Shown here piece by piece: positions 13,042 to 28,360 of a stretch of DNA of 64,000 nucleotides. Source of the DNA: Vitrella brassicaformis CCMP3155 (lineage: Eukaryota > Protista > Chromerida); contig CDMY01000061.1 in assembly GCA_001179505.1 (NCBI GenBank), positions 124,001 to 188,000 on the forward strand, given 5' to 3'. The notes beneath the pieces are model-generated. The model ran no database searches, had not been told where the DNA came from, and worked only from the letters and a program-made list of their open reading frames with translations. The translations under genes and the position numbers were made by a program. Position 1 is the first letter of the stretch, and every line of letters begins with the position of its first letter.

Positions 13042-14618
13042 TCACTCGCCGACAGGCTTTGCGAGGCTCTCTCTTGTGGCCTGGAGTGCCGCCTTGACGG
13101 AGTCGGTGGAGAGCTGTTTAGAGAGTCTTTTCCGTAGCTGGTTCATGGCCCGGGCGCTGGTCTCGGTGTCGAGGTCGCTCAGAACGTCCGCACCCAAGGA
13201 CTCGTTGGTGCCCTCGGTGGTCGTCATGGAGGGCGTGCTGGCGTCGTTGGCTGGTGGCTTGGGGGGTCTCGGTGGGCGGCTGATGACCTCGTTGATGGTC
13301 TTCTCGGCGTTGGTGGGCGGTGCGTCCGGGTTCAGCTCGATGGTAAACCCCTGACGCATCAGCTCCTCGTAGATGGTCTTCGAGTACTTCTCGGCAAACA
13401 CCTCAAAGTAGTACGTCGAACCTAAAAGACACACAGATGGATGCGTCAAGGCGCATGCATCCATGGCTTGGCTTGGCTATGGCTTGGCTTGGCTGGCTTC
13501 ACTCACCGTTCCAGACGGCGAGTGCGACCATCGAGGCCAGGAAGATGGTGTGTGCCCAATAGGACCTCCACCAGATGAAGCTCAACAACTGCACGGACAA
13601 CAAAGGCACAATACAGCAACACACACACACAACAAGACTCTCTTCCTCTTGTCGGCCGCCTGCCCCTCCCTCCGTCCCTCCCTCCGTCACCATGCAAAGG
13701 CTGCAGCCGAGTGCGTGGATGAACATGTAGACGAGCGGCCCCCACGAGCCGGCCGCCTTGACGATGGCCGCGAGTGGCTTGATGGTCCGCAGCATGTACA
13801 GGTAGACGGTGTCGTAGTTGCGCTTCTCGATCCGCTTGGCCGCCACCTTGAACATCACCAGGTAGTAAGGGACCTGCCATATCAAGATGTACACCAGCAG
13901 CGGCAGCACCAGCAGCTCGTAGGCAGTGGCATCGCAGTAGATGGGGCTGGGGCTGGACGGCTCGCAGACCCTTGGGAGGAACTGCCACTTGTCGAGGACC
14001 CTGTCGGCGTGCCACCGGATGGCCCAGACGGCGAGGCAGGGGGTGGCGTGGATGAAGAGGTTGGTCGTCATGTCCAGAGAATGAAACACCAGACTGTTCC
14101 GATTCAACGCTAGCCCCCAACTCAGCGGACCAGTCACCTTCAGGGACACACACACCCACAGACAGACAGACAGACAGATCAATCACCAGACACACCCACC
14201 CATGCCACCCATGCATGCCATGGCCGAGCATCCCTTATTTGCCTCCCTAGCTGTCGTCTCCGTCGCTCACCCAGGCAAAGACCACTTTGAATATCCTGGG
14301 GTTGTCGGTGTCAAAGCCCGGCAGCTTGGGCAGCCCCACCACACCGCAGCCCAGCCCGTATATGCAGTAGCATGCGAACAGCGCATTCGCCTCGTAGCAG
14401 AAGTCCAGCAGGTAGTAGTGTGTGGCGGCGCGCCGGTAGTCGAAGTACCGAATGAAGAACAGCACGGGCGTCTTGACCGCGTGCACCAGCCAGAAATCCT
14501 CCGGGCATCTGGCCAGCACCCACGTGTCGCAGATGAGGTTGCACACCCCGATGAAGAAGGCCAGCTCGTCTCGGAGCTTCAGGGGCTTCAGCAGCTTCTT
14601 GACTGCCTTGGGGTCCAT
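13042..14618 (-). CDS. GPC1: Glycerophosphocholine acyltransferase (GPC1/GPCAT, DUF2838 family), multi-pass membrane protein
   Basis: HYYLLDFCYEAN and GPLSWGLALNRNSLVFHSLDMTTNLFIHATP match the DUF2838/Gpc1 signature segments. Several hydrophobic helices. An additional upstream exon cannot be excluded. Confidence 0.85.
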
Positions 14619-14863
14619 CGTCGCCTTCAAAAAATCGATATAAAAAATCAGGTCAGGCTGGAAATCAGGATGAACAGGAATCTTGATTGACAGTTGCTTC
14701 GCAGCTGCCCGCCGCGGCCTTCTTCTTCGCTCCTGTCAAAAGCTCGCATCTGGCGCTTAGGACATCTCGTGAAATCGCTCTCTCTTCTGCGAGCCAGACA
14801 AGTGAAACAGTAGACTCCTCTCTTTACTCCTCTCTTCCATCGGCCGTATGAGTCGCTGAGGTG

Positions 14864-17116
14864 ATGGCATCGCTGTACGTGGAGGCAGCAGATGTGCTTC
14901 GGGCAATGGAGGAGCAGGGCAAAGGCCTGAAGGCAGCCCTCTACGACGACAAGCAGCGGAGATCTGATGTGCAGAAGGTGAGGTGAGGTGAAGCCATGAA
15001 TGGCCATTCATATCAATTGGCGCATGTAGCTACTTGGATGCTTCTCTCTGTTCTCTGTTCTCTTTTCATTGTCCCGTGTGTAGGTATGCGGCCTGGTATG
15101 TGCCGTGCTGAGGCACAAACAGCTGCTCATCCGCGTACTCGACCGATGCGGGCTGATTGATGGCAGCGCAAATCACAAGAAGAGCAAAACCAAAGCCAAG
15201 TCGTCGAGTCCAGTGGACAACCGGTATCTGTGCCTGGCAATGGCGCAAGACATGCTGTTTGGCAGAGGCATCAGGGGCGGAGGTACGTGAGCAGCTCACA
15301 CCACACTCAGCGGCAATCATGGACAATGTGGATGTGGGTGGACGGACCACTTTTGCGTTTCAGGTGGCGTCAAGCGAGCCCTGGAGGCCAACCAAACTGA
15401 GCTTCGAGCCGCCCTCGCTGATGAAGAGAACAAGGGCCCACCACCTCCAACAGCAGCAGATTCAGCAGTGTCATCGCTCCCCTCCAAGCGCAGGAATGCC
15501 TCCCAGCAGTCGGCATCGAAGCGGACACGAGGGGAGAACGGGGCGGTGGTCAGCGAGAGGAGGCCGGGCGATGCTGCTGATAGTGGTGGTGCTGTCGTTC
15601 TTCCTCCCCGTTATGTGAGGGTCAACGGCCTGGTCGGTGGCAAGAGTGGGCAGGAGATCCGATCTCTGATCCAGGCACAGATGAGAAAAGCTAAGGTACT
15701 TACGTCAGTCATTATAATGGGGTAAATGACAACAAGCAAATGGCTATTCAGTTGTCCTGCCAGTCACTCACGTATCGGTGCGTCGATATATCGTCAGATT
15801 GATGGTGATGTGGAGACCGACCCCTACATCCCTTCCCTTCTCGTGCTGCCCTCGACTGCTGGGGCCCTCCTGGCGCAGAACAAGCTGGTCCACGAGGGCA
15901 ATGTCATCCTTCAGGACCGATCCAGCTGCCTGGCTGCGCTGGCGGCCGACATCCGGCCTGGCGACACGGTGCTGGACGCCTGTGCGGCCCCTGGGAGCAA
16001 GACGCTGCACTGCCTGGACTTCATGAAGGGCAGCGGACATCTGGTGGCCTGTGAGAGGGCGCCCCGGAGGGCAGTCACTCTTTTGCAGAGGTGCGCATGA
16101 ACTGGATGGAGTACATGACGAACTACCCTTTATGCAGTCAGTATTCTTAGACTTTGGTTTCTCCAGGCTGCGTGATCACGGCGGTTTTGACGGCCCTCTG
16201 GAATCTCTCTCCGCAGCTTATGGTGACTCCGCCGACAAGCGGAGTGCTCTGTCCGATCTCAGCGACGCCCGCGCGGCTGAGCGGCAGCTAAAAGAGCGGG
16301 ACGGCAAGCCTATGTTCTTCAGACACACCAACTATGGTCGGTACCTGCAAATGGGTCACTCGTCTCGCCTCACACGCGCGTCGGTTGATCGATCGATCTT
16401 TCTTCCACCCATCCCTTCTGTGCGTGTGCAGCGTCGCTAAGTGTGGAGGTCAGAGTGGCGGATTTCCTCTCCCTGCGATCCGCAGATGTGTCCCCTGATG
16501 TGATCCTTGTGGACCCGTCGTGTTCGGGCAGCGGCCTGCCCACACACCAGATGGACGACCAGGGGGGCGGGCGGGACGTGGAAAGGCTGCAGAAGCTGGC
16601 TGCCGTGCAGACACAAATGCTCAAGTAGGTGAGACAGACCAGTGGACATGACTAGAAAATGTATGTCTGGGAACTTACTGCCTCCCTCGTGTGTGTTTTG
16701 TCTTGTGCTCCTGTCTGTAGTCATGCACTGACTGCCTTCGCGACTGCCCGCACCGTCTGCTATTCGACCTGTTCCACTCATGAAGAGGAGAACGAACAGG
16801 TGGGTGCGACCCGAGCGGATGGGATGGATGCCACACACTCCACTGCCATGTGTCGTCTGTCTTGTGGTCCGTGCAGGTGGTTGCGGCTTCATTGGAGACA
16901 ATCGAGCAGCACAAGGCATCATCAGCTGCCGCCAAAGGGGGTGGTAGGGCGGCCAGGCGTTTCCGCCTCGTGTCAGCCGTCCCCTGGTGGCCCTCTACTG
17001 GTGTGCCCGAAGAGCTATCTAATGCGTATGCATGGGGTAGCAAGTGCGTGCGGTGCGATCCGGCTGTGCATCGGTGTCGGGGGTTCTTCCTCGCTAAATT
17101 CGTGAGGAAGAGATGA
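14864..17116 (+). CDS. NSUN5: rRNA (cytosine-C5)-methyltransferase, NSUN5/Rcm1 subfamily
   Basis: Exon 1 MASLYVEAADVL...LKAALY, then VCGLVCAVLRHK, RYVRVN, LQDRSSCL, VLDACAAPGSKT, ILVDPSCSGSG, YSTCSTHEEENEQV and GFFLAKF. Confidence 0.92.
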
Positions 17117-17478
17117 ATGCTGACTGACTCATAATGTCCGTACCTGTTGACAGACAGACTCGTCTTCCAGGTGTGTGCAGTGCGACTGATGCTTGCACAT
17201 ATGTCCATTGGCTGATCGGGTGTGGGTCGCAACATCTTACACACAGGGTCCGTCAGCTACATACCATCCACGTAGCTCAAAACAGACACACAGCCGGCCC
17301 GGCTCATATATTGTCATCGGCTGCTCACGGCAGGTCGTTGACCTCCCATTGCTTTGAAGCGCACCGCACACACATAAGCCCCGCCCACCCCGCCCACCCC
17401 ACCCACCAGGCCCACAAATAAATACTTGCCATCGACACGTCCACTCTGAATGCGGCACTACCACACTCACTCAGTCAT

Positions 17479-18598
17479 TCACAGCACAGCTGCCCCCACA
17501 TCCGCCAGGGCAGACTCGTACCCCGGCAGACTCTTGATGTACCCCGCGTCGTCAAAGGATCGCCCCAAGCTGACGCCAAGCACCGCATGGGCCACGATCA
17601 CCGCCATGGTGGCGCTGCCGAGAAACGCGTGGGCCGCCTTCAACAGCTCCCGCGTCCTCTCGTCGGCGCCAGCAAACTGAGTGGACAGCAACGCCTGAAC
17701 TGCCAGCAGCCCCAGCACACTCAATCCTGTGTGTACGACGGACCAACACACACAAACGTCCGTCTAGTAAAGTGCAGTGCATCCCTCAGGTCCCTCCCTG
17801 AGTGTCTGAGTGTCTGAATGAGTGAGTGACCTGTGAGTGCATGGGAACTCTCGAGTATCGGCTGTTTCTCCAGCAGCATGGCGCCCACGCCGCCCTGGGC
17901 CCCCAGGAAGAAGAACAACAGCATCCCGGCCATCAGCTTGGGATGGAGGGACTTGGAGTTCATTGGGTCCATCTCGGCATTATCGGGCTCGAAGTCCCAA
18001 TCAACAGGCGAATCTGATGTGGCCACCTGACACACAGACACAGACGCTTTCTTTGGTGTCCCGCTGAGTGAAGTGAAGTGAAGTATCCCTCCCTAAGCTT
18101 CGGTCACCTGCCCCTGTGCAGCTGCCTTCCTGGTGTTGCGTATTTGCCAGCCGAGGTAGGCGCCATAGCCCCCCATGGCCGCAGCGACGATGCCCATGTT
18201 GATGCCATGGAACCAGTGGATGACGAACGGCGGCATCTCCATCGACCGAAGGCTCTCAAGCAGCCGATTCTCAACACAGATCTCGGGAGGACCTACAGCC
18301 AGCCAGCCAATCCATCCATTTACCCACACCCTCAGCCTATCACCCATCACCAGTGTGACCGTGTGACCCAATCTCTCTTCTTACATGCTTCCCGGGATTT
18401 GAGCCACTGGTTGAGCCCCTCAGAGAGTGAAAGGGAAAGAGAGTTGTCGAGCAGCTGCACTGACGTCTGCGGCCGTCGCCTGTCTGGGCTTCGAATCAGC
18501 CGCGGACGCACAGATGAGGTGGTGCTGGGTTGCTGCGGGATGACAAAGGCACTGGCGGCGGCGCCGAAGGCAATGAACACAAGACTGCACAGATGCAT
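17479..18598 (-). CDS. DUF4079-family membrane protein with a bipartite (signal + ASAF) plastid-type leader
   Basis: Leader MHLCSLVFIAFGAAASAFVIP. The mature part has HWFHGINMGIV...GYGAYLGWQIR, LHPKLM, PILESSHALTG and AHAFLG, i.e. four His-bearing TM helices. Confidence 0.8.
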
Positions 18599-18888
18599 TC
18601 CGGCTGCTGGGCCGTCGGAAACTCGCCGGATCTTTGACGAAATAAACGCGGTCTGCGCAGCAACGAAGTTGAGGCAACTAACGGAAGTTGTTGGGAGCTG
18701 GGAGCTGTTTCGCAGAGCCAATCTGCGAGCTTAGGTGTGAAGAATTCTGTTTCACGCGGTTGAAGCCAGGTTTTCCTCGGCAGTAGCGGCTCTCCTGGCG
18801 TGTACGTCGTACCGCCGTCCAGGCCCCTCGCATCGCCTGTAGCTGTGACCTATTGCTGATTTGGAGTCCCCCCGCTGCCGCCACCACG

Positions 18889-21467
<2,579 letters not shown>

Positions 21468-22455
21468 CTGACTGAACCTATCAGTGGGGGAGGGACGGAG
21501 GGAGTGGCCGCCGGTTGTCGGTCGTGTCGATTGCACTCACTANNNNNNNNNNNNNNNNNNNNNNNNNNNNNNNNNNNNNNNNNNNNNNNNNNNNNNNNNN
21601 NNNNNNNNNNNNNNNNNNNNNNNNNNNNNNNNNNNNNNNNNNNNNNNNNNNNNNNNNNNNNNNNNNNNNNNNNNNNNNNNNNNNNNNNNNNNNNNNNNNN
21701 NNNNNNNNNNNNNNNNNNNNNNNNNNNNNNNNNNNNNNNNNNNNNNNNNNNNNNNNNNNNNNNNNNNNNNNNNNNNNNNNNNNNNNNNNNNNNNNNNNNN
21801 NNNNNNNNNNNNNNNNNNNNNNNNNNNNNNNNNNNNNNNNNNGGGGGGGGGGGGAGCTTTCAAGGCTGACGGTGTGGATGGATGGATGGATCGGCTTGCT
21901 CGGTGCCTGCCTGTCTGTCTGTCCGTCCGTCTGTCTGGGTTTGTGTTGGTGTGTATGGTATGTCGGTGCATCGATCGCGTGAGGCTTGTGCGTGTGCGTG
22001 CATCGCTCTTTTGCAAATGGACTGGATTGCGTGCCTGGTTGATTGCATTGCTTGGGGATCGAGGTGGGGCGGGGCGGGCTGTATCCATGCCAGCCATCAG
22101 CTGCCTGTCTCCTCGTGCGCGGTGCGAACTGGCGTTTCTTACTGTGTCGATTACTTGCAATGCACCTGCTGTCACTTCTCTCTCACGTATCAGGGCGAGC
22201 GGCAAGGCAGACAGACAGTGTCAGTGGCGTCACTGCCTGTCCACCTTGCGGCACGCCCCGGCACGCGAGAGAGAGGATAGCAGGTTGGCGAGAAACGACA
22301 TCTCGGACGGACCACACGCGTGTTCATGTCAGTGCGCCGTTTTTCGATTCATCGATTGGTCCACTCTACTGTGCTATGCACGTTATGTATAGCTACACCC
22401 ACAACCAAAACTACCGCAGAAGCCCTCACCTCCCTCCGGAAAGGCAGGCGCCCGC

Positions 22456-22488
22456 CTTAGGGACAGGCGTCTCGTCAAACCCATAACC
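22456..22488 (+). other. Conserved 33-bp non-coding element, copy 1
   Basis: cttagggacaggcgtctcgtcaaacccataacc, 31/33 identical to 63130-63162. Confidence 0.85.
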
Positions 22489-22605
22489 CACCGACATAAC
22501 CGACCGACCAGCCGGCGGCGGCGTGCCATTGCCTGATCCAACGACGGCATTCCATCTCATCTCAACCTGAACAATCTCTTTGTCCTGCTTGCCCGGAAGC
22601 CCCCC

Positions 22606-24436
22606 ATGACGGCCGTATCCATCGCACTCTCCCCCGTGCTGGCGGGTCTGCCCGTCGGCGTGGCCCTTAAGACGCACATCGACTCCATCAAGAAGGAGAA
22701 GGACGAGGCCGCCAAGCCGTCCAAGAGCAAGAAGGAGATCCTGCTGTCGGCCTATGTAGCTGCCGACGGGCACAAGGCCGGCAGGGTGTTCATGGAGTCG
22801 CCCGCCGTGCTGTTGGAGGTCGGGTTTCGCTACCGCACGCATCGGCAGGTCTTCACCGAGCCGTGCGACGACGACCAAGACGTGATGATGGGCACACAGG
22901 TCAGTCAGATCTGCCCACACTACACTACAGGCACACGCACACGTCGGCTCATGCACACGTACCGTTGCCCGTGTCATTCACTCACTGCAGGACACCCCTG
23001 CGGCATCCCAGGCGTCGGTGTCTCCCCTCGGCGAGGACACGATGGACGACGATGCGGCCCCGTCGCCTCCCGACGGCCCGCTCTCGCCGGTGGTAGCCAT
23101 CTACTGCCTCGACCCGGACGACCAGAGGATGCCCCACACAGCCATGGAGGAGCGGGCGAGGAGCGAGGTCATGGCGCTGCACGAGGCCCTCACGACGGAC
23201 GGGGTGCGGGTGCTGTGCATGACCAGGGAGCTGAGGGGGATCAACCTGGACGACTTCGTGTGCGACCTGCTGGTGGACGCCGGCGTCGACACGGTGCATG
23301 CCAGGGATACCAATGATGCGGTGAGTGAGTGAGGGGTCCCGAAGGACAGACAGACAGGCCGCCGTGGATGGAAAGGGCCAGGCAGATGCGTGTTGGCTTG
23401 TGTTGGGTGGTGTGGTGGTGTGTTGTGTGCAGGTGACGTATGTGGTGAAGTGCGCTAAGGCCCTAGTCAAGTCGCGGGAGGAGTGAGGGGGATCGGATCG
23501 GCCAACACACAGATCCACATGCACTGATGCCAGGCAGCCGGAATGAGCACCTGCCTCGTGTGTGTGGTTGGTTGTCGGTCTTCAGTGAGCGTAGGAGTTT
23601 CTTCTGGAGCAAGTCTGAGAAGAAGACCAGCCAGGGACCCAAAGAGGCGTAAGGACATACACAAACACACAAACAACAACGGCTCCAGCGCCCACCTGGC
23701 GCATGGATGGATCGATGGATGGATGGGTGTCCATGTCCTGTCTGTCTGTCTGTCTGTCTGTGTGTCTGCGTGGGCATGCCACTAGGTGGATCAACCAGCT
23801 GACGACGTTCAACCAAGTGTCGGTACCCAGGGCCCAGTCCATGCAGAAGACGTACGTTAAGGAAGAGGAAGACCGCACGTTCGCCCACCTGACGTGCTGC
23901 TCGTCGTCTTGCTTCCTTGATTGATTGATTCCGTCAGGTTCGCCACCCCGTGGGACCTGATGGAGCATCTGCACCGCCATGGCAAGGAGGCGGCTGTCAA
24001 CAAGCTTGCCGCCACGCGGCTCAACGAGGGCAACAAGTCGACGGTGGGACAGGCGCTCGCTAGCAAGTGAGAGGGAGGGAGGGNNNNNNNNNNNNNNNNN
24101 NNNNNNNNNNNNNNNNNNNNNNNNNNNNNNNNNNNNNNNNNNNNNNNNNNNNNNNNNNNNNNNNNNNNNNNNNNNNNNNNNNNNNNNNNNNNNNNNNNNN
24201 NNNNNNNNNNNNNNNNNNNNNNNNNNNNNNNNNNNNNNNNNNNNNNNNNNNNNNNNNNNNNNNNNNNNNNNNNNNNNNNNNNNNNNNNNNNNNNNNNNNN
24301 NNNNNNNNNNNNNNNNNNNNNNNNNNNNNNNNNNNNNNNNNNNNNNNNNNNNNNNNNNNNNNNNNNNNNNNNNNNNNNNNNNNGGAGGGAAGGAAGGTGG
24401 AGAGGAGCTTCAGCCACCGTATATGCCGGAGAGGAG

Positions 24437-24474
<38 letters not shown>

Positions 24475-24537
24475 TGTTGCAGGGTGGCTGGTCTGTACGA
24501 CCCGTCCCTCACGGGCACGGAGGGCTGCGACCCATAG
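22606..24537 (+). CDS. EME1/Mms4-like non-catalytic subunit of the MUS81 crossover-junction endonuclease
   Basis: Hand-spliced C-terminal half: YVVKCAKALVKSRED...AWINQLTTFNQVSVPRAQSMQKTFATPWDLMEHL...LAATRL...VGQALASKVAGLYDP. This parallels the EME1 ERCC4 + HhH pattern. The last intron spans an N gap, with consistent phase. Confidence 0.72.
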
Positions 24538-25342
24538 GTAGCAATCTGCGAGTGGCTGGGAATCGCATGGAAGGCATGTGTGTATGGTGCACCCCACCCA
24601 TGCCACTCCACTTAGAGCCTCGCCAGCCACCCAAAGACCGAAGTTGTGTCTGTCTATAGGCTGTAGAGAGTGTAGATAGCCCGACTGACTTGGTTCATGT
24701 CTGTCTGTGTGTGTGTCCATCCATCCATCCATCCATCCTCCATCCATCCATCCAGACACCCATAGCTCTGCGTAGCGAGTGGTTAGCTGTGTGGATGTCT
24801 GGCTGTCTGCTGACTGGCTGGCTGGCTGCGAATGCAATCGTTTGGCTGGATTTGTCCCTGGTGTGGATAAGTGGATGGATGGATGGATGAATGGATGGAA
24901 TGGAATGGAACGGACGGACGCCTCTTGTGACTTCCTTGAACGATCCCTATGCATTGTCCCTTTCTTTCTCCCTCTCTCTCCCCCTTTCTCCCACAGACCC
25001 CATGGCGTGCCGTGCAGCCGTCAGTCACATCCACTCCACTCAACATCCATCCACCCACCATATGAAAAAAACACACACACAACACCAGACGCTGCTCGTT
25101 CGTCCATCCATCCATCCATCCGGCCATTCATCGATCTCTCGGCCATCCATCCATCCACGCACTGCACTGCTTGCCGCTGAGCGAACTAAAAAGGGAGCGT
25201 TCACATCAGACATCCATCCATCCATCCATCTGTTCGTTCACTCATTCTGCTGACAGAGAGCGACGGGTCATCCATTCGCCCGTCCACCATCCACCCCTTG
25301 TGTGTCTGTCAGTCAGCTCATTTGATCAGTATCGTCTGTACT

Positions 25343-27149
25343 TCACGGAGGTGCCATGACAGGAACACCAATTCCAAAACGTGCCATGCCAAATGGCATA
25401 CCGTGGGCATGCTCGGAGACGGGCACGGGGATCATCATCTCATGCTGCTGCTGCTGGCCATGGGAGGCCAAGTGGCAGAACTCGAGGATGGCGTCCTCGA
25501 TTTGGTTGCAGCACACCGCGTCCACACCGTGGGCAGCCTGCTCCTCAAACGTCTCAAGGGGGTCCTCAGCGTGGCCGCCGTACCACGTCAGAACCTGACA
25601 TGAGCATCAAGACAACACCCACAAGCCGACGGAGACCTGCATGTGGGGGCGCCTATTTTGTTGTGCATGCCTTTTTGTTGGCCTTGTGGAGGGCGACGGT
25701 GCGGTCCCAGTGTTCGTCCTGTGCCGGGTAGTAGATGTGGGCCCAGTTGGCCGAGAAGTGGTTGATGATCGTCAGCATGCGGCCACTGCTGGGGAGCAGC
25801 GAGTTGACGTTGTTGAACAGCACGGCCACTTCGATCCCCATGCCGTTCTTGGCGTTGGCCAGCAGGTCCGCGGGCACGAACCCGTTGGGGCACTGCTCCA
25901 CTTCGGCCTGGGTCAGCTCTAAGAGAGAGAGACACACACAAAGAGAGAGACACATACAGCCCAACGAGACACACCGCTGCTAGTGTCTGTCTTTGTCTGC
26001 AATAAGTACTGCATTCATTGTCGTCCCTACCAGTTTTGGATTTCCATTTCTGGTCGTTGCAGAGCGTTTGTGCGTTGTCGGGCGGCAGCCATGAGAAGGA
26101 CGAGATCTTTCGGACGCACTCGCGGCCTCCGTATTTCTCGGCGAGTTTGAGCACCTCTGTGGTCGCCTGTGGCTTGCTGCCCTTGATCTCGACGTTGAAT
26201 GCCAGGCGGAGGGGGCACTCTGGTCTGCAGAAGGTGTGGAAGACGTCCTCGAGCAGAGGGACCTTGAGCTTCTCGCCCTTGTAAGTGNNNNNNNNNNNNN
26301 NNNNNNNNNNNNNNNNNNNNNNNNNNNNNNNNNNNNNNNNNNNNNNNNNNNNNNNNNNNNNNNNNNNNNNNNNNNNNNNNNNNNNNNNNNNNNNNNNNNN
26401 NNNNNNNNNNNNNNNNNNNNNNNNNNNNNNNNNNNNNNNNNNNNNNNNNNNNNNNNNNNNNNNNNNNNNNNNNNNNNNNNNNNNNNNNNNNNNNNNNNNN
26501 NNNNNNNNNNNNNNNNNNNNNNNNNNNNNNNNNNNNNNNNNNNNNNNNNNNNNNNNNNNNNNNNNNNNNNNNNNNNNNNNNNNNNNNCGCAGTACTGGGG
26601 CAGCTTGCGCACACTCTCGACCCACGGCACGCGGAGATACAGGTGACCCGCCTTGTCCATCTCGTCGTACGTCGACTCCTCGACCTTAACCGTCCGCGGC
26701 GCCACGACCGTCTCGCTCAGCACACTGCATGGGAACACAGCGAGACACATTCAGGGAATGATGGCTGTCCTTGAGAATTCTGCAGTGCTCAGAGCTCACC
26801 CGCCGTCGTAGGACTCGCCCCCATGAAAGACCAGCAACTTGTTGTCCTTGGTCAGCCACACATCCAGCTCGACCTCGTCAATGCCCAGCATCGCTGCCTC
26901 GACAAAGGCGGCCATACTGTTCTCGGGCACACCCGCCTTGCTGGGGCATCCCGGCATACTGCAGCCGCATCCACGATGACCGGTGATTTGTATGCTTTGG
27001 GGGCGCGAGCATTGGTCAGGAATACGACGTGGGTTATGGGGCTCATCGGGCAGCTGGCGGCCGAAACGCTCGCCACCTACGCGCAGGTTGTGGCACGAGC
27101 AATAGGGTAAGAACAACAGCGCAAAAGAGACGAAGGAGAGGACGGCCAT
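25343..27149 (-). CDS. Glycerophosphodiester phosphodiesterase (GDPD), copy A, signal-peptide-like N-terminus; interrupted by a gap
   Basis: MAVLSFVSFALLFLPYCSC leader, then ITGHRG, PENSMAAF, VELDVWLTKD, VFH, FNVEIK and DAVCCN. Confidence 0.9.
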
Positions 27150-27195
27150 TTTGTGGTGGGGAAGAAGCGCTCCAGCCCTTGCCCCCCTCGGCTCG

Positions 27196-27247
27196 TGCGA
27201 GCCTGGGGGCGGTTCATGAGACGCCGTGAGCCGCCCCCAGGCTCGCA
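27196..27247. repeat. 21-bp inverted repeat (hairpin, 10-nt loop) between the two divergent GDPD start codons
   Basis: tgcgagcctgggggcggttca (27196-27216) versus tgagccgcccccaggctcgca (27227-27247): 20/21 complementary, and the mismatch is a G-T wobble. Confidence 0.95.
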
Positions 27248-27968
27248 GCGCCATTACGGGATGAGCTGACAATGCCTGCTTCACACACAGTTCGACCGTC
27301 ATATAGTCGTTCGCCCTTTCGCGCAGCCATGTCGGCCGTACCTATGCTCCTCGTTGTTCTCCTCGAGCTCTCTGCTGGCCCTTGTGTGGATGGGGAAATA
27401 CTCAAGTCCAATCGGAGGGGTTTGAGCCGTCTGCAGCTGAGGGAGGCATCACACCCTGCGGCAGGCCCCTGTGCCATGCCTGCAGCGGTGACAGGTGCAC
27501 CGTCACTCCACCGCCCTCTGAAAACCAGAGAGTATTTTCTGCTGTTGGGGCTGGGCTTTGCTCTGCATTGCAGGTCATCGCGGGTCTGGTTGTTCTGTCC
27601 CCGGATGCCCCAGCAAGGCGGGTGTGCCCGAGAAGAGTATGGCCGCCTTTGTCGAGGCAGCGATGCTGGGCATTGACGAGGTCGAGCTGGATGTGTGGCT
27701 GACCAAGGACAACAAGTTGCTGGTCTTTCATGGGGGCGAGTCCTACGACGGCGGGTGAGCTCTGAGCACTGCAGAATTCTTAAGGACAGCCATCATTCCC
27801 TGAATGTGTCTCGCTGTGTTCCCATGCAGTGTGCTGAGCGAGACGGTCGTGGCGCCGCGGACGGTTAAGGTCGAGGAGTCGACGTACGACGAGATGGACA
27901 AGGCGGGTCACCTGTATCTCCGCGTGCCGTGGGTCGAGAGTGTGCGCAAGCTGCCCCAGTACTGCGAC
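27237..27968 (+). repeat. Partial duplicate of the 5' part of GDPD copy B (matches 28269-29000); probable scaffolding overlap or second haplotype
   Basis: Near-identical to the sequence 1032 bp downstream on the other side of the 300-N gap. I see one substitution (aacaag vs aacagg). Confidence 0.85.
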
Positions 27969-28360
27969 NNNNNNNNNNNNNNNNNNNNNNNNNNNNNNNN
28001 NNNNNNNNNNNNNNNNNNNNNNNNNNNNNNNNNNNNNNNNNNNNNNNNNNNNNNNNNNNNNNNNNNNNNNNNNNNNNNNNNNNNNNNNNNNNNNNNNNNN
28101 NNNNNNNNNNNNNNNNNNNNNNNNNNNNNNNNNNNNNNNNNNNNNNNNNNNNNNNNNNNNNNNNNNNNNNNNNNNNNNNNNNNNNNNNNNNNNNNNNNNN
28201 NNNNNNNNNNNNNNNNNNNNNNNNNNNNNNNNNNNNNNNNNNNNNNNNNNNNNNNNNNNNNNNNNNNNCCAGGCTCGCAGCGCCATTACGGGATGAGCTG
28301 ACAATGCCTGCTTCACACACAGTTCGACCGTCATATAGTCGTTCGCCCTTTCGCGCAGCC

